Positions 41,704 to 55,945 of a stretch of DNA of 64,000 nucleotides are shown here, one piece after another. Source of the DNA: Camelus dromedarius (taxonomy: Eukaryota); the NCBI RefSeq assembly GCF_036321535.1, contig NC_087436.1, positions 12,276,001 to 12,340,000 of the forward strand, in the 5' to 3' direction. Within the stretch, counting starts at the first letter, position 1; every line of letters starts with the position of its first letter. The notes beneath the pieces are model-generated. The model had not been told where the DNA came from. It searched no databases and was given only the letters and a program-made list of their open reading frames with translations. The position numbers and the translations under genes are program-made.

Positions 41704-44700
41704 ATTATTCTCAGACATTCATTTAAGATTTATTATTTAAAGTAGAATTTTAATATTCTATTTCAGTGAAAGGAAGACTTTCTTAGACTTCAATATTCTA
41801 TAAATTTCATGTATTTTACAAATTTTAGGTGATCCAGTGGTTAGAGATAAGGCTTCTCATCTTAGAAGCACCTAAATATTTATTTTAAAAATTGAAATTA
41901 TAAGTTATGTAAATTTTATCATAATATTAATAGTTAGAATCTTTTAGTTATTCATTTAGTTTGATTTTAAAAAGATGCATGCTACATATACTGGTGACAA
42001 AGTATGCTTAAATTTAAAGTTACCTAAAATATTTGAAATTCATTCTCTGCTATTTCTGTTCGGGCAAAGATTTCCAAATTGCAGAGACAGGTTATTTGTC
42101 TGTGTCTTTAAGACAATAATACTGAAATGTAATTAAGTAAACTGAACAATGAAGTTCAAGGGAAAATTGACCCCCTAAACTTGCTTACTGTAGCTGTCAT
42201 CCTGAGAACATATTATGCATACATTAACTTTAACAAATCAAAGTAAAGCTGTAATATTCTTATTGTTATATTCATTCGACAGATGAAGCCACTGAGAGGT
42301 TAAGTAAACTGCTCAGTGTCACAAAGCATTTAAACCTGTTTGTCTTAGTGTGTTTTAACCATAAGAGCTGATCATGCTCTTTGCAAATGGTGTTAGTTAC
42401 AAGTTACACTCAACATATTTGGGACCTGGAAAACAACAGATACACTTTTCACTTCTTTATTAGATTGTTATTTTGTAAAGTCCAAGATAAGTAAGTATAA
42501 ACTTTCAGTGTTTTCTTTTTGATTCATTGAAAAGTCTTGGCAGTTTTTCAAATTCATGTTTAAAATACTGTAGACCCAGATAAGTAATTAGATCTATTTC
42601 ACATTTAAGCTCTTGAGAGTTTCTGTTAGTGAGGAAGATGTTTGCTCAGAAAAAGGAGAGATAAAAACATATTTGTGCAACAGAGCTTGTGTGGTACAAC
42701 AGAGAGAGGGCAAGATTATTGAATGTCCTGATTATGATCATCTTATCAAATCATAATTTACAAAAGATCACCCATTTTAGTGTATAGGTTCTATTCACAT
42801 TTAAAATATTGTTTTAGAAAAAATAAAATAAAATATTATTTTAGAGCTCTAATAATGCTTTAAGTATAATATATAATCATGTGTTAAAAGTCAAATAATT
42901 CATCATATTTATTGGGAAGTAGGCATGTACATCGTGGGAATATTTCACAAACAAAATTGCAGGATTTTTTATGTTAAAATTCACTCAGGGGAATTGGTAA
43001 AACACATTACTGAGTTTATTGTGACAAACTCTTTAGAAATAAATTTAGCATAGGAATTAAGAGTTATTACAATGGCTATTCTATTTGCCTCAGAAATTCC
43101 ATTCTTGGGACTCTTTCATAAAGAAATATTTCAAAATCTGAAAGAAAGATTTTCTATACACTATGAGAGTGACAGAAATTTGAAATAACATTCAAATTCA
43201 CTGTGTGGACCCTTCACACCATAAAGATGGTTTAATGATTTCATGGTGTAAAAATGTAGTATATGGTAAAATATTAATGAAAATCCAGGTATAAAGTTAT
43301 CTGTGCATTCAGCTAAGCATGTGGGTGGGACAAATCTGAAAGTGGCTATATAAAAATACCAAGAATGTTTGTGTTAAGATGGAAAGAGAGTGCAGTGTAG
43401 TTTTTCTCCAATTTTCTCAGTTTTCATCTAATTTAAATATAAAAATAGCTTTAGAAGAAAAACATATCATATTTCTACCTGTTACCCCAAATATTTTCTA
43501 GACTTGAAAACATTACCTAATAGACTTTGATCTCTGAGAATGAAGAAATTTTTAAATTTATCTATTTATTAATTAGTTAATAAATATTAATACAAGTGTT
43601 TTGAATTGAGTTAAATTTTATAATTTTTATTTTTATAGTTAGTTTATAATATCTTACAGAAAATTTGGCAAATGTTTGCTAGATTGTGTGTGGTAATCCA
43701 GAAATATTTTATGAGACTTACTCTTAAGTGGCTTTGTTTGCAACCAATGTTCTAAAAATTTTAGAAGTGGTTTTGAATATATGAAAACATAACGAGAAAA
43801 ATAACATTTAACTATTTTTCTACATACTTCTTCCAAGAACTATTATCAAGGAATTCAATTAAAAAAAAACAATATTTATTTTCAATGATTCCATATTACT
43901 TGGAAAGGAAAACTACCTAAAAATAAATTCTAGATTTCTTGCAGTTAAGTGATGCATCAAGGAAGGAAAAAACACAAGGAAATATATTTAGGTTTTTAAT
44001 GAATACAGTGAAACAAGCAATAGCATTATTTTTAAAAATATAATTACATAATGAAATAATCATATTGAGATTTTAATTACTTTTGCACATAGCCTCTGAA
44101 TTTAAATAAGTACTTTATAGACCTAAGAAAAGGAATTGGAAGAATGACTCTCAGAACTTATTAGGAGAATAATTAATATCAATTTCTGTCACTTCCATGT
44201 TCATCAAAGTAAGAAAATATCATATATAAATTCTTATTTAATGTCTTAAATTGACCATGAAAAGTGCTATAGCTTAAAATCTAGAAGTTACTGGTTTATA
44301 CAGCAGAAAATCCACAGCTCCTCTACACGAGTCAGCATCATGTAGTATAATGAAATAATATCAAAGCAAATAAGGAAATTAAGACATCAAAATAAAGCTA
44401 TTTGGACATGATACAAAATTATGTGTCAAACTTGCTAGGTAATTTAGAACATAATGGCATAGCATATTCTAAAAGATATGTGGTCCAACAATATATTACT
44501 GTTATTTTCTTTGACTGAAGGAAGTTAGTTTTTAGATTAACAATAATTACTTTATATGATAGTCAAGCCAAACTTCATTTTATATGATGTTGTATTTGAA
44601 TAGAAGTATGCAAATCTTCACAGGTATACATGATATAGTTTACTAATTTTAAGTGATTAAACAAAGTTAACTGTATTCTACTCAGAACAAACTTATTTTT

Positions 44701-47700
44701 CTTAAAATGGATTAAACTTAAAGGAAATACTAGTAGGATTTTACATATGTAAAACTAGCAGCATTTGGGAAACTTGACGTGCGTGGAACAGTCGAACTGC
44801 AGTGTTCATTATTTGGGAATAATGTGACAGATGACTTCAGGCAGTGAGAACTGTGCATAGACGGTCCACCTTGAGGCAGCCCCATGGTGGTGGCCTCAGT
44901 GATGACTTCTGCAGTTGCCAGAAAAGAGGATTTGAAGGATAAACCTCTTTAATGACAGTCTCCCTCACGGGTGACTTAACGGTAATGTGATCGTTCCCTG
45001 ATGGACCCAGGGACTGGTACAGTACAGAAATGCAGTAAAACCCAGATTTCTTGACTCCCAGTTAATTTCTGTCTGTAACAAATACAGAAGTCAGGTAAAA
45101 TCATTTGTGCAGTTTTTTTACCTTGAAATTCAGGTGGTTTCAGCTGACCTCCTCCTCGTCTTACCCACCTTTCATTATTTACAGACATTTCTTACGTTGC
45201 TCGCCCTGTACGCCATTTCTCTCATGGAATGGTCATGGATGTTTTTAGCTCAACTTGATATTATTTTAACAAAACTTTAAATAGTAGTGTGATTAATTTC
45301 AAACAGTAACACAATTAAAACTGTCCTATGATTCTGAATCCTATTCCAAGTTTCATGATTAATGATATTTAAATATTTGCATATTTTGGAAAGAGCAAAT
45401 TGTCTGTGTCATAACATTCAGTAGAGCTTATCAGCGCCCTTTGGAAGGTGATTATTTTTTCAACAGTTTTGGGTTGAAACCTTGTATGCGTGCTCACATG
45501 CATGGGGCGTATGTGTGTGTGCATGGCGGTGTGTGGTTTGTTTATTTTATATTTGAGCATTTATTGTATGTATGTCTGTTCATAAATGTTTCTGTTCCGG
45601 TGCGTGGAACCTTTACTTCTTTTTCCTACAGACAAGGAAGCTTACTGCAAAGAGAAAATTTTTATTTTTGAATCTTGCAAGAACTTGATACAGGTTGCCA
45701 CTTCAGTTCTGTCCAGTATGTATTATTCATAGACTGATGGCCTCTGATAGCCTCAGAGATCCTCTGCAGGCCTCTGATGGGAAAATGCCACCTCCTTTTC
45801 CCCTAATAATGGACCTTTCCTTCATCTCACATGAAGGAATGGAAATCAGATATGCCCATTCCAAAGAAGGAGGCTAATTTCCATCTGCAAAAATTAAATG
45901 TTTTTATTTCTACTCAATAAAACATTTGTTTCTCTTACTAACAAAATCTGTTTTTAAAAATCCATGCCCACAGTATGAAAATGCTAGAAAATTTCAAATA
46001 AATCATTGATAGAATTCTCAATTGTTGAATTATTTATGCAGACATTCTGAGAAAATTTTGTAACTCTTCATCCTCCTTCCTTCTCTCTTTCTTTGGATTT
46101 TCATTGTTCAAAATATTTGTAGTTCGTGTCCTAAGAGGAGAAAAGGAAAGAAAGTGAAAGCAATCATGTTTGCTATAATTTTTTCCCAAGTGTGATGACC
46201 TTTCATAATAACAAGTCCAGAATATATTTGTGGAATTCGTCTTTTACGATCTTGCTATTTCTCATCAACATAGATAATCTGAAATTGCATTCACTTTAAT
46301 TAGAATAGTTTTTTTTTTACCTTTATCCAAGCATGTATTTTAAAATAACTACACTGTATTCACTACTCCCTAGACAACTTAAAATATTAAGTTAAATACA
46401 TAGCTTTCTTTGTCTGCATGATGTAAAAAGTCTGCATAATTTCAAGTATTTCAATGTTTACTGAAATTTTCTCTTTTCATATTGACTACTTGGCACATGC
46501 AGGCACAGTTTTACTTGCTACTTTCCTGGGCATGATGACTTTTCTGCTTCTAGTTACTGTTTTGACTTGTCCAATTTTGAATTTTAGCTAAGCTTTCAAT
46601 TAGCCTATGCATATAGTCTAGCAGTGTATTTAATAATTCTCAATTTTCATTTGACATTGATTATATTAGGTAATGTTAGATGTAGGAATGAAGACAGGAA
46701 ACGTTAATCAACTGTGAAACTGAAAAATAATAGATTCTTAGACAATAATGACTATATAAAAATCTTCCTTCTCCTCCTCCTCCTCATTTTCTTGTTCTTC
46801 CTCTAAAAATTATTTTTAAAGTATTATTTTTCCAGCACAATAGAAGGATGAATAATTGGCTACAAAAAAACTACTATTCAAGTATGAATGGCTTCATTTT
46901 CAACTTTATTTCACTTTATTTACCGTTACCACTAGTCAGATTATGTTCTATCAAATCCAAAGAAAATAATTATTCTTAGAAACATAACCTGGTAACTTGA
47001 GATTTCTGCTAAAATGAAGTTTAAATGTTAGAAATATTTTAGGTTTTGGAATTTGCATTATAAAATGATTACGGATTTTAAAAATCAGCAATATTAACTT
47101 ATGTTCATGTTTTTCTTTAATGTTTTTATAGCGCTCATGTACAGCAGTGTAAACAGATCCAAACAAAAGGGTGACTCAGACATTCACTGCCCTGATAGGT
47201 CTGTCACTGAGCAACCTGTTTATTAGTTCACAGCAAATGTGAACTCACCTTCTCTAAACTAGTTTGCTTACAATTCTTAGATTTCCAACCAGTTCTCAGA
47301 TATCTGGTTGACCTATAGTACAACCAAAGTTCACTATATCAGGTTTTGAGTTCACCAAACAATCATTATATAAACATTTGCATAGAAATATGTGTCTATT
47401 TTGGGGTAAGAAATTCTAGCACCAGAAATTTTTTAATTGGCTCTTTCATTTAATAATGATGAAGAATATTTCTATATCAACTCATGAGGAAGTATGTTTC
47501 CAAAGCATATTAAGTAAAGAGCCTCTGGAAAGGTGCAATGAAATAATACATTTGAATCACGTACTGCTTGACTGTCTGAATTAGGAAATGGAAGTAGCTG
47601 ACAGCATGGTAGTAGGAAGTGGTGTTCATCAATCACCCATTCTGCAAAAGTCATTCACAGCTCATCGTCTGTAATTTTCACTGTTGATACATTTATGGTA

Positions 47701-49175
47701 ATGAGACTTCCTAATTACTATAAATTTCTCTAAAATTAATTTAAAATTCTCTATAAAATAATTTTCTTTTATCTATGCTTGTTTTGTTTTTATTTTTTGG
47801 TTTTTTTTTTTTTTTGGTTTTTGGTTTGTTTGTTTTGTTTAGTCTCCATATTAAGTATTAAGAATGTGATGGAAGTGTTGAGGGCAGGTGAGAACAAACC
47901 AATCGCAAATATATTGATGCTGATATGTTCTTTAGAGCTTTGGGACTGCCTGTACATATTTGCAATATTTTGATATTGCCAGTGCATGAATATATTCCAG
48001 AAGAATTATGTGCTCTGTCATGTTATGTCTCCAAAATGGGAAAAACACTTGCATCCTTTAAAATTCCTATCAGATTCTTGGATTTAAAAAAAAAAAAATG
48101 TCTTTCTTAAACTTATCTCCATAGAGGGAATATTGATTTACCAAAAAAGCAAAAATAGAATTTGCTATTTGTGTCCCACCATGAGCTCACAAATTCTAGC
48201 TAGAAAAATCAGTTGACTGTAAATTTTGAATTCAGCCTAACCTCTGATGTGACTGCCATGTGTCCTTTTTGTTCTCTGTGCTGTGGGAGTGATGAAGGTC
48301 TGAGTGATGTGTCATCATATGTCTGTGTCAGGAGCAGAGGTCAGATTCAACTTTAATGGACAAGCCAGTCATGGAATGACAGTTGAGTGACATAATATGG
48401 TGACTGACTTCTCTCACTGATTGACTGCCTGCTAATATAGTGGGGCTTTTTTTTCCCTGCAGTAAATTTGTTGGCTATTTCTTAAAGCTCTTATATCCTA
48501 TTCTAACTTTTACTGCTAGCACACTAAAAGCTCTTTTAGGGAATTACTTATTAATAAACTGCTGGAGTAGATTAGTTTAAAATATATAAATTAGGTTTCT
48601 TCTTTAGGATAGTCTAATGATGCCTTTTTCTGTCTTGGTATATTATAAAATGCCCAGATTCATTAATGCTAAGCATAAATGCAAAGTTAATGAAAAAATC
48701 AACTACAGTATTCATACTGAGTGATTTTTTTAAAAGTGGTTACACACAGATCTTGGAACCTTGTTTGGTGTCTGTCTATATGCCATGGTTAATATAGTGA
48801 AAGATTTCCCTCCACTTAAATGCCGTTTCTTGTGTTTATTCAAACTACTCACAATTTTTAATTTATTTTTAAAAATTGGCAATAAGTGGTTAGAAGTATT
48901 TGGGAAAATATTCTTTCATTTCCTCTGTCCTACTCAAAACTTTTCCAGCATAGGAGTGAAGACTACATGCCGTCATCCTAGTGCAAATGATCTTGGAAAA
49001 TCAATTCATGGCACAAGGCTCCAAGCTAAACAAGGAGTGGGTAGAACTAAGACACGATACTTATTTTGGGGGGTGGGGTGTTTTATTTTGGAAAAGGGAA
49101 AGCTGTGACTAAGCTTACCCTTTGCCAGTGTTAACCAAAACTAAATGAGTCTCCTTTGACATCCTTTGTTTTTAA

Positions 49176-49433
<258 letters not shown>

Positions 49434-51515
49434 TGATATCATTGTTGACGGTTGAAATATCAAAAGAAAAATCATGCAGTGTGCAAAGGCCCAAGGTATA
49501 CTATTGGAAATCTCATATTACCTAAAGGTGCTGCACTTCCTGCACATGTGGTATTAGAATAACTTTGTATAACAGACGTAGAAGCTGCTGCGATGCCATC
49601 TGCCAGCCAGAAAAGCATCATGCCTCCATCTTCATTGCCCAACCTGATAATTATCTCCATATTTAAACTTAACTTCTGCTGAATGTTTTGCCTTTGGTTT
49701 AATTTTCCTCCCCAAAATATCTCATATATGTGTTACATGAGTGATGTCACTTTAAATACCAGGAGTATCAAACTCAAATGCCTACCAGAAGAAAGACATT
49801 TGAAAATGGTAGATGCTGTGCCATTTAAAATTTTAAGTCCTGGTTTTACCCTGCCTCCCCCTGCCTGCCCCTGCCCCCGACTCGGGCCCACACACACAAA
49901 CAAGCACCTAATAGCACAACAGTAGCCTACCAGTTTGGGGTCCCAACACTTTATAATATTCCAAGGTTTTATAAAGACAATTATCTTACTTTCTGCCCAT
50001 AATACATGGAACAAGAAATATATATTCAGGACTTATTTCCTCCCTTGTGGGTCTGCTCCTGAATTTTCTATTTAGCTTGGATGTATTACTCAGGCAGATT
50101 TTGTAACTAGTCACTAGCACGAGTAGAGTAGACTGGAACCACAGATGGGTCACGACTCTTTGTACGCACATCCCAGTAATACAGACACCCTGAATTGACC
50201 CCTGCTCCATTCAGTTCCATTCCAATATGGTCGCATGTTGGGGTTTTTTTTTTTTTCTCTCTTTTTTTTCATTGAGTTAATGACATCGCCCAGAATCATA
50301 TACAAGAAGGTTTTTTCTCTTTTTACTTTCATATATGAGTATAAACCAATGAGGATTCTTCGTAAGGTATTCTGTTAAATCAACAGTCTGGGGAATAGGC
50401 CCAGATATTTTGAGGTATGGAAGGTAATTCAGAAGAAAAAAAATGAGACAGCTTTTGCAGAGTATGCATATAGCCTATGACTCACACGTAGCAAATAAAT
50501 TTAGATATCCAGCCTCTGTTCATCACAGCAAATATTTTCAAGAAAGGATCTCATAGATTTCCTTTTAAATAGAGCTACATTCAGGCACCCCTAATAAAAT
50601 TTATTTTTACTGCCAGTAAAGGGGCTGGATTTTCTTTCACCTCTGCTGTAGTATAGGCGCCTTCTACAGTTTAGTGGTGAGCCCCTTGGCTTTGTCTAGG
50701 CCAGATCTGGGAGACTCCGCATTTCATATAGACAAGGCAAGGACAGGGATAATGGAATTTAGAAAACCCTTGTCAAGACAGTAGCCAAACTTTAAGGCTA
50801 CTGTATTGCTGCAAAATTTCAGAGAATTAATTGCATTTTAGAATGGGATACACAATGCAAAACAAAGAATTCCCAGTCTAAACCAGGATGTGCAGAGTGA
50901 TGCTTCATAAATTATATGGAAATATATATAGAATATATATGTATAGAATATAGAAAATCTGAAGATATTACATGCTTTTGAAGTTTATATATGGAATGGA
51001 CCCTCCAAGATGAAGTTATTTAAATTGTGAAAAACCTAAAAGAAATTTCACATTCATTGAATGAGACACTCTTTGAAATTAATTCAGAAGATAGTAGCTG
51101 TTCACTAATTTTTTTCCCCTTCGTGCTTCACTGCACTTTCATGAAATTACAGAATTTACTTTAGCAGCTAAAATTATGCTTTAGATATTCAAGTATATAC
51201 TTTAACAAAGGGAGAGAGTAAATGAAAAGACATGTTTCATAAAGTGGCTTAATGATTCTAATTAGCTATAAATGATGTTTCTGTTAATAGGAAAAAAAAA
51301 AGAATTGAAAATGGCATAGTCCATTGATTTTTGTTGTGACATTACCATTAAATGTTTTGCACATACCAAGGGTTGATAGCCTTGATTTTTGATGTTTCTC
51401 CTTTAAAATTTGAGCTTACAGATCCAGCAGTTAAAAATAGTTCATTTTCTTGTAGGCATTTATCTAATTCATTGTAAACACTTAATTTCATGTGAACCAG
51501 AAAACAAACATTGCC

Positions 51516-51541
51516 TGATTATGATTATGATTATGATTATG
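51516..51541 (+). repeat. (TGATTA)4 hexanucleotide microsatellite
   Basis: tgattatgattatgattatgattatg. Confidence 0.9.
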
Positions 51542-51710
51542 CACTGAAACCTGTTTGCCAAAGCAGATGAATATGATCATGGAGACTAGAGTGATGATTG
51601 GTTATTCAGGAAACTCTTTCAGCAGGATAGTGGATAAATAGGCTGCTTCCTTGCCGGCCCAACCCTGGGCTAGATTTCCACACTAACTGATATTACCGTC
51701 ATTGGCACAG

Positions 51711-51838
51711 CTGAGTGCGAACAGAAGATCCACAGTCCGAGTGGCTTCATCACTAGTCCCAACTGGCCGGACAAGTACCCAAGCAGGAAGGAGTGCACGT
51801 GGGAGATCAGTGCCACTCCTGGTCATCGGGTCAAATTA
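51711..51838 (+). CDS. TLL1: TLL1 coding exon (~exon 18), first half of CUB4: (A)[42 protein letters not shown]
   Basis: Branch point CACTAAC at 51681-51687; acceptor gcacag|CT; donor TTA|gtaagt; 128 nt; translated by hand. Confidence 0.96.
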
Positions 51839-53169
51839 GTAAGTGAGCACGATATTCTTTTTTCTGTGAAAATGCCTGCCCATGTCTTGCACAGCTAGTA
51901 CCGTGGAAATAAAATGAGTATCTGTTGAATTGAATTGAATTAGTAGGCAGATAGAAGAGACTTTCTTTCTCTGTTTTCCTACTAATAGCAAATAAATCCC
52001 TGATTTCCTAAATCAAGGTGATAGCACTGGTGGCCTCATGGCACTCTTACAGTGCTCTTATGCTGGATGGGATGCTCTAAAAGGCATCACCAAAATCACT
52101 GCACAACCATAGGCTCTACTTACCAGTGTGTTGTAAATAACGTTTCCAAATGAAGGTATAAACAAAGGAATGAAAGTCTCAGAAATTCATCAAGAAAGCA
52201 GTAAGTATTCACTTCAACCCAGCATAGTAAATTCCACTGGTTGTGTCCATTCTCATGCTTCATGTGCAAAACATATGTTCTTTTTTATAATAAAAATAAT
52301 TTTGTCTTGTGGTTTATGGAATACTACTTTTGCATACTATAATTGCCTTCTTTAGATGAATAGTGATATCTTTCAATTTCTCCCAAATTCAAATATGAAT
52401 GTAGTGTTGGTCTTCACTCCCGTAGTCTTTGAGTCTTGCACATTCCTGCTAATAAGCAGATAGTATATACGAAATTTCATTATAAGCTACAGAATACTTA
52501 AAGAGCGTAACTTAAACAAACAGACACATGGGAATATAGACATTTTAAGAACTTTCTGCAACATGCTCTTGTCAAAAGCAGGAGGGAATGTCAACTAGCA
52601 CGTCTCAGGATAGGTTAGCGAGAACCATTATGGTCCTTTACTATAAAGGAAAAGAAATTGTCCTGAGAGTGAGGTTACCAGTCCTAACTAGACCAGTCCA
52701 GCCATAAAGTTAATTTTAAAATTCTGTTTGAACCCTTTCCTTCAGTGAATTTATTTTGGCCAATAAATATGTCTTATTCACATGCAACATCATAATAATA
52801 ATATTGGAGACTGTCACTGAGACATCACTTTCCTATTATGGAGTTCCTTCCAATCATACTTGTAAGATATCAGTAAATGACTTTCCAAATAGAGATGTCA
52901 GTTCATTTCAGCGACTCTCAGAAGGATTCTAGGTGCTGAGACAACACTGTAGGAACCTGATTACTTTCCAGTCCTGTTCAAGATCCTGATTGAGACCACT
53001 CTCGGAAGCTTATGGGCCGAGATACAGAGGCTGCCTTTTTTTTCAGCAGTGCAGTAGCTAAGGGTGTTGGGAAAACAGATTTTCCTGAAGACTTTTTTTG
53101 TGTGTAGATCCCAGTTCTGTCTGGTACATCTGGTCTCCTTGAAGAATTTCCTTTTATGATTTGTGTAGA

Positions 53170-55610
53170 GTGTACCTGTGCAGTTTCACTTTTTAAAGAT
53201 ATTTTCACTGGGTATAAAATTCTAAGATGGCAATTTTATTTCCCTATCTGCATTTTAAATGCCTGACTCCATTATCTGTCCTTCAAGGTTTTTAGTGACT
53301 CTGTGGTAAATCTTAATTTTATTGCTGTGGAAGTAATGATTCTTTGATGGCTGCCTTCAACATTTTCTAAATCAGCAGTCTGAATATAATGTATCCAGGT
53401 GTATGTCTGTCTGTTTGTATATTTAGTAATTTATCCCTCTGAGAAATCTCTGAATTTCTTGCATCTGTATTGTAATGTCTGAAATGAACTTTCAAAAATT
53501 CTTGACCATTCTTTTCAAAATTATTCTTAATTATTGTTTCTCTTTTTCTGGGATTCAAATTACACATATGTGAAATTGTTTCATCCTATCCTAAACTCTT
53601 GAATTCTTTGGTTTTTTGGTCATTCTTTTTGAGTTTAAGTTTGGATAATTTCTATGGACCTGTCTTCAAGTTCAATGATTTTCTCTTCAGCTGACTTGAG
53701 TCCACTGATGAGCTTGTCAAAGGTGTACTATATCTCTCTTGTCATTTTTTTTTTAATTTCTGAAGTTCCATTGATTTATTATTATAGTTCCCCTGTATAT
53801 TAGTTTGTTCAGGTTGCCATAACAAAATACCGCAGGTTGAGTGGCTAAAACAAGAAAAATTTATTTTTTCGTAAGTCTGGAGCCTAGACATTCACAATCA
53901 AGGTGCTTTCAGGGTTGGTATCTGGTGAGGCCTCTTTTCCTGACTTGTAGATGGCAGCTTTATCACTGTTCCTTTCTTTTGTGTGTACATGGAGAGAGCA
54001 AGCGAAGGAACTCTGGTGTCTCTTCGTCTTCTTATAATAACATTAGCCTGTGGGATTAGGGGTTCATGCTTATGACCTCATTTAACTTTCATTACCTCCC
54101 TAAAGGTAATCAAATACAGCCACTGTCTCCAGGTACATCACATTGAGATTAGGGCTTTGATGTATGAATTTGGCAAGAGGGCACAGTTCAGTTCATAACA
54201 TCATTTCTCTGCTGAAATTTCTCATCTATTCTTATGTGTTCTCTGCTAGAATGTCTAGCATATTAATCCTAGTTACTTTACATTCCATTTGGTAGATTAA
54301 ACATGAGGGTCATGTTTGAGTCTGTTCTATTGATTATTTTCTCTTAACATTCTGCTTTTTTTCCTTGCCTTTTTGTGTTTCATGTAATTTTTGATTAAAC
54401 ATCAGACTTTATGTATCTAATAGTAGAGACTTCATGTCCGGAAGTGGACACACCTCTTCTGTTAGGCTGTTGGTGAATGTGTGTATGTGGGAGGGGATGT
54501 TGTTGAGTGAATGTAGTCAGTAACTAGCTGAGTTTGGGTTGTCTTGTTCCTATGATTACCTTCAGTGAACCATCGGCTTTGAATTCCTTTTTCTGAAATT
54601 GGAAGCTGGGATTTCAGATGCATTTTCTCAATGTTTCTCCTTCATCTTTAGCTTCCCCATTCATCTCTACCACAAATTGTATCCCTCCCCGCACTTTTTT
54701 CCCTCAACCGTGGCAGACTGCAGTTACATGTTGCTTGGTGCTTAGTGGTCTGGTGGTGAGTGCAAGGGGTTCTCTACTGCTTTAGAACAGACTCCATTTA
54801 GATGGGATCTGTGTTTTTAGGTCTTAGAGATGGCCTTTCTCAATGGTCCTGCCTCTTCTCTTCCTGGAAGCCAGACTCCATCTTATATCTCTGTTTGGTC
54901 TTCGATGGGAGAATTTCTTTTCCCTCTCCCAGTTGTAGCAGGTCTCTAATGTTATTGGTGTAGACTCCTGGGTCCAAGACTTCCCCAGGGATGGAAGTGT
55001 TCTCTGTTTGTTTATTCATTTAAGCTTTCTTGGGCTACAGTGTGTCTGTACGTGTGCCCTGGTGGTGACACAGTTTTCTGCTCCTCCCTTTGAGACTTAA
55101 GGCTTTGTTTTCCAGAGAAGGGGTGCAGCAGGGCCTCATGCTTTTCTCCCGGCAGTGACCACTTCCCCCTCCAAGCCTGCAGTACCAAGGAAGGCACCCA
55201 TCTCCTGCTCTTCCCGCCGTCTTTCTCATGAGGAGGAGATTGTGATCCACAGAGAAGAGCCTGCAAGCAGGTGCTGACTCCTGTGTCTACAGCTCTCAGC
55301 TCTTACCTTAGTCCACACCTGACCTGCACCAGGACATTACAGTTGTAGCTGAATGCATCTTACCTAGTTGTATGGCACCCAGCATCCCTTCTAACTGTAG
55401 TTGGTCGTGGGTAAGCAGGTGCTCGTGTCTCCTCTCTCTTTGGTTGTGCCTGAGAGTCAGTAGAGTTGCTACTACTTGGTTGACTAGTGACTTCAGCTCT
55501 TTGATGTGTCCAGCAAAGTTGTGACTTTTATTTTTTAGTTTACATGGGTTTTCTTGCTAGGTTTTCTTGCTAGCAACACTAGTCTCAGCTTTCTATACCA
55601 AGGGGAAATA
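53170..55610 (-). mobile_element. Old LINE-1 5' portion (ORF1 region and probable 5'UTR) interrupted by an MLT1 LTR
   Basis: Antisense ORF1-type text (aaagatattttcactgggtataaaattctaagatggc; ttctgggattcaaattacacatatg; gacctgtcttcaagttcaatgattttctc) that resumes after 54200. The distal boundary is uncertain. Confidence 0.65.
53794..54200 (-). mobile_element. MLT1A-like MaLR solo LTR
   Basis: TG...CA termini; tgtatattagtttgttcaggttgccataacaaaataccgcaggttgagtggct...atgacctcatttaac...gcacagttcagttcataaca. Confidence 0.85.
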
Positions 55611-55945
55611 GAACTCCTAATATATCTCAATTTGAAGAATGGCAGTAATTTATTTGTTCTCAGTTATATACCATTCAGCTTTCTGAGCATCCTTTCCAAC
55701 TCTAGGACAGTCTGTTTCTTCACAAATTATAGGCAAATATTGCACTTGAGGACTAGGACAGTCAGTTCAACAGTGGTCATACCTGCTAGTATCGTAAGAA
55801 GGTAATTTTTAGAAGGAAAATGAAGGCTTTAATGCAACTATTGATCTTTGTTTTCAGTACTTGACTTTGTGATCTTTGTAGAAGTAGTCACAGTCTACGT
55901 TAGGCTTTCTGAGTATTAGCATGCATCAGAATTACCTGGAAGATT

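Noticed and set aside
52735..52770. ccttcagtgaattt resembling the expected next exon (AFSEFEIE...)
   Set aside because: There is no acceptor AG in the right place and the similarity stops after FSEF. The next exon must lie beyond the window.
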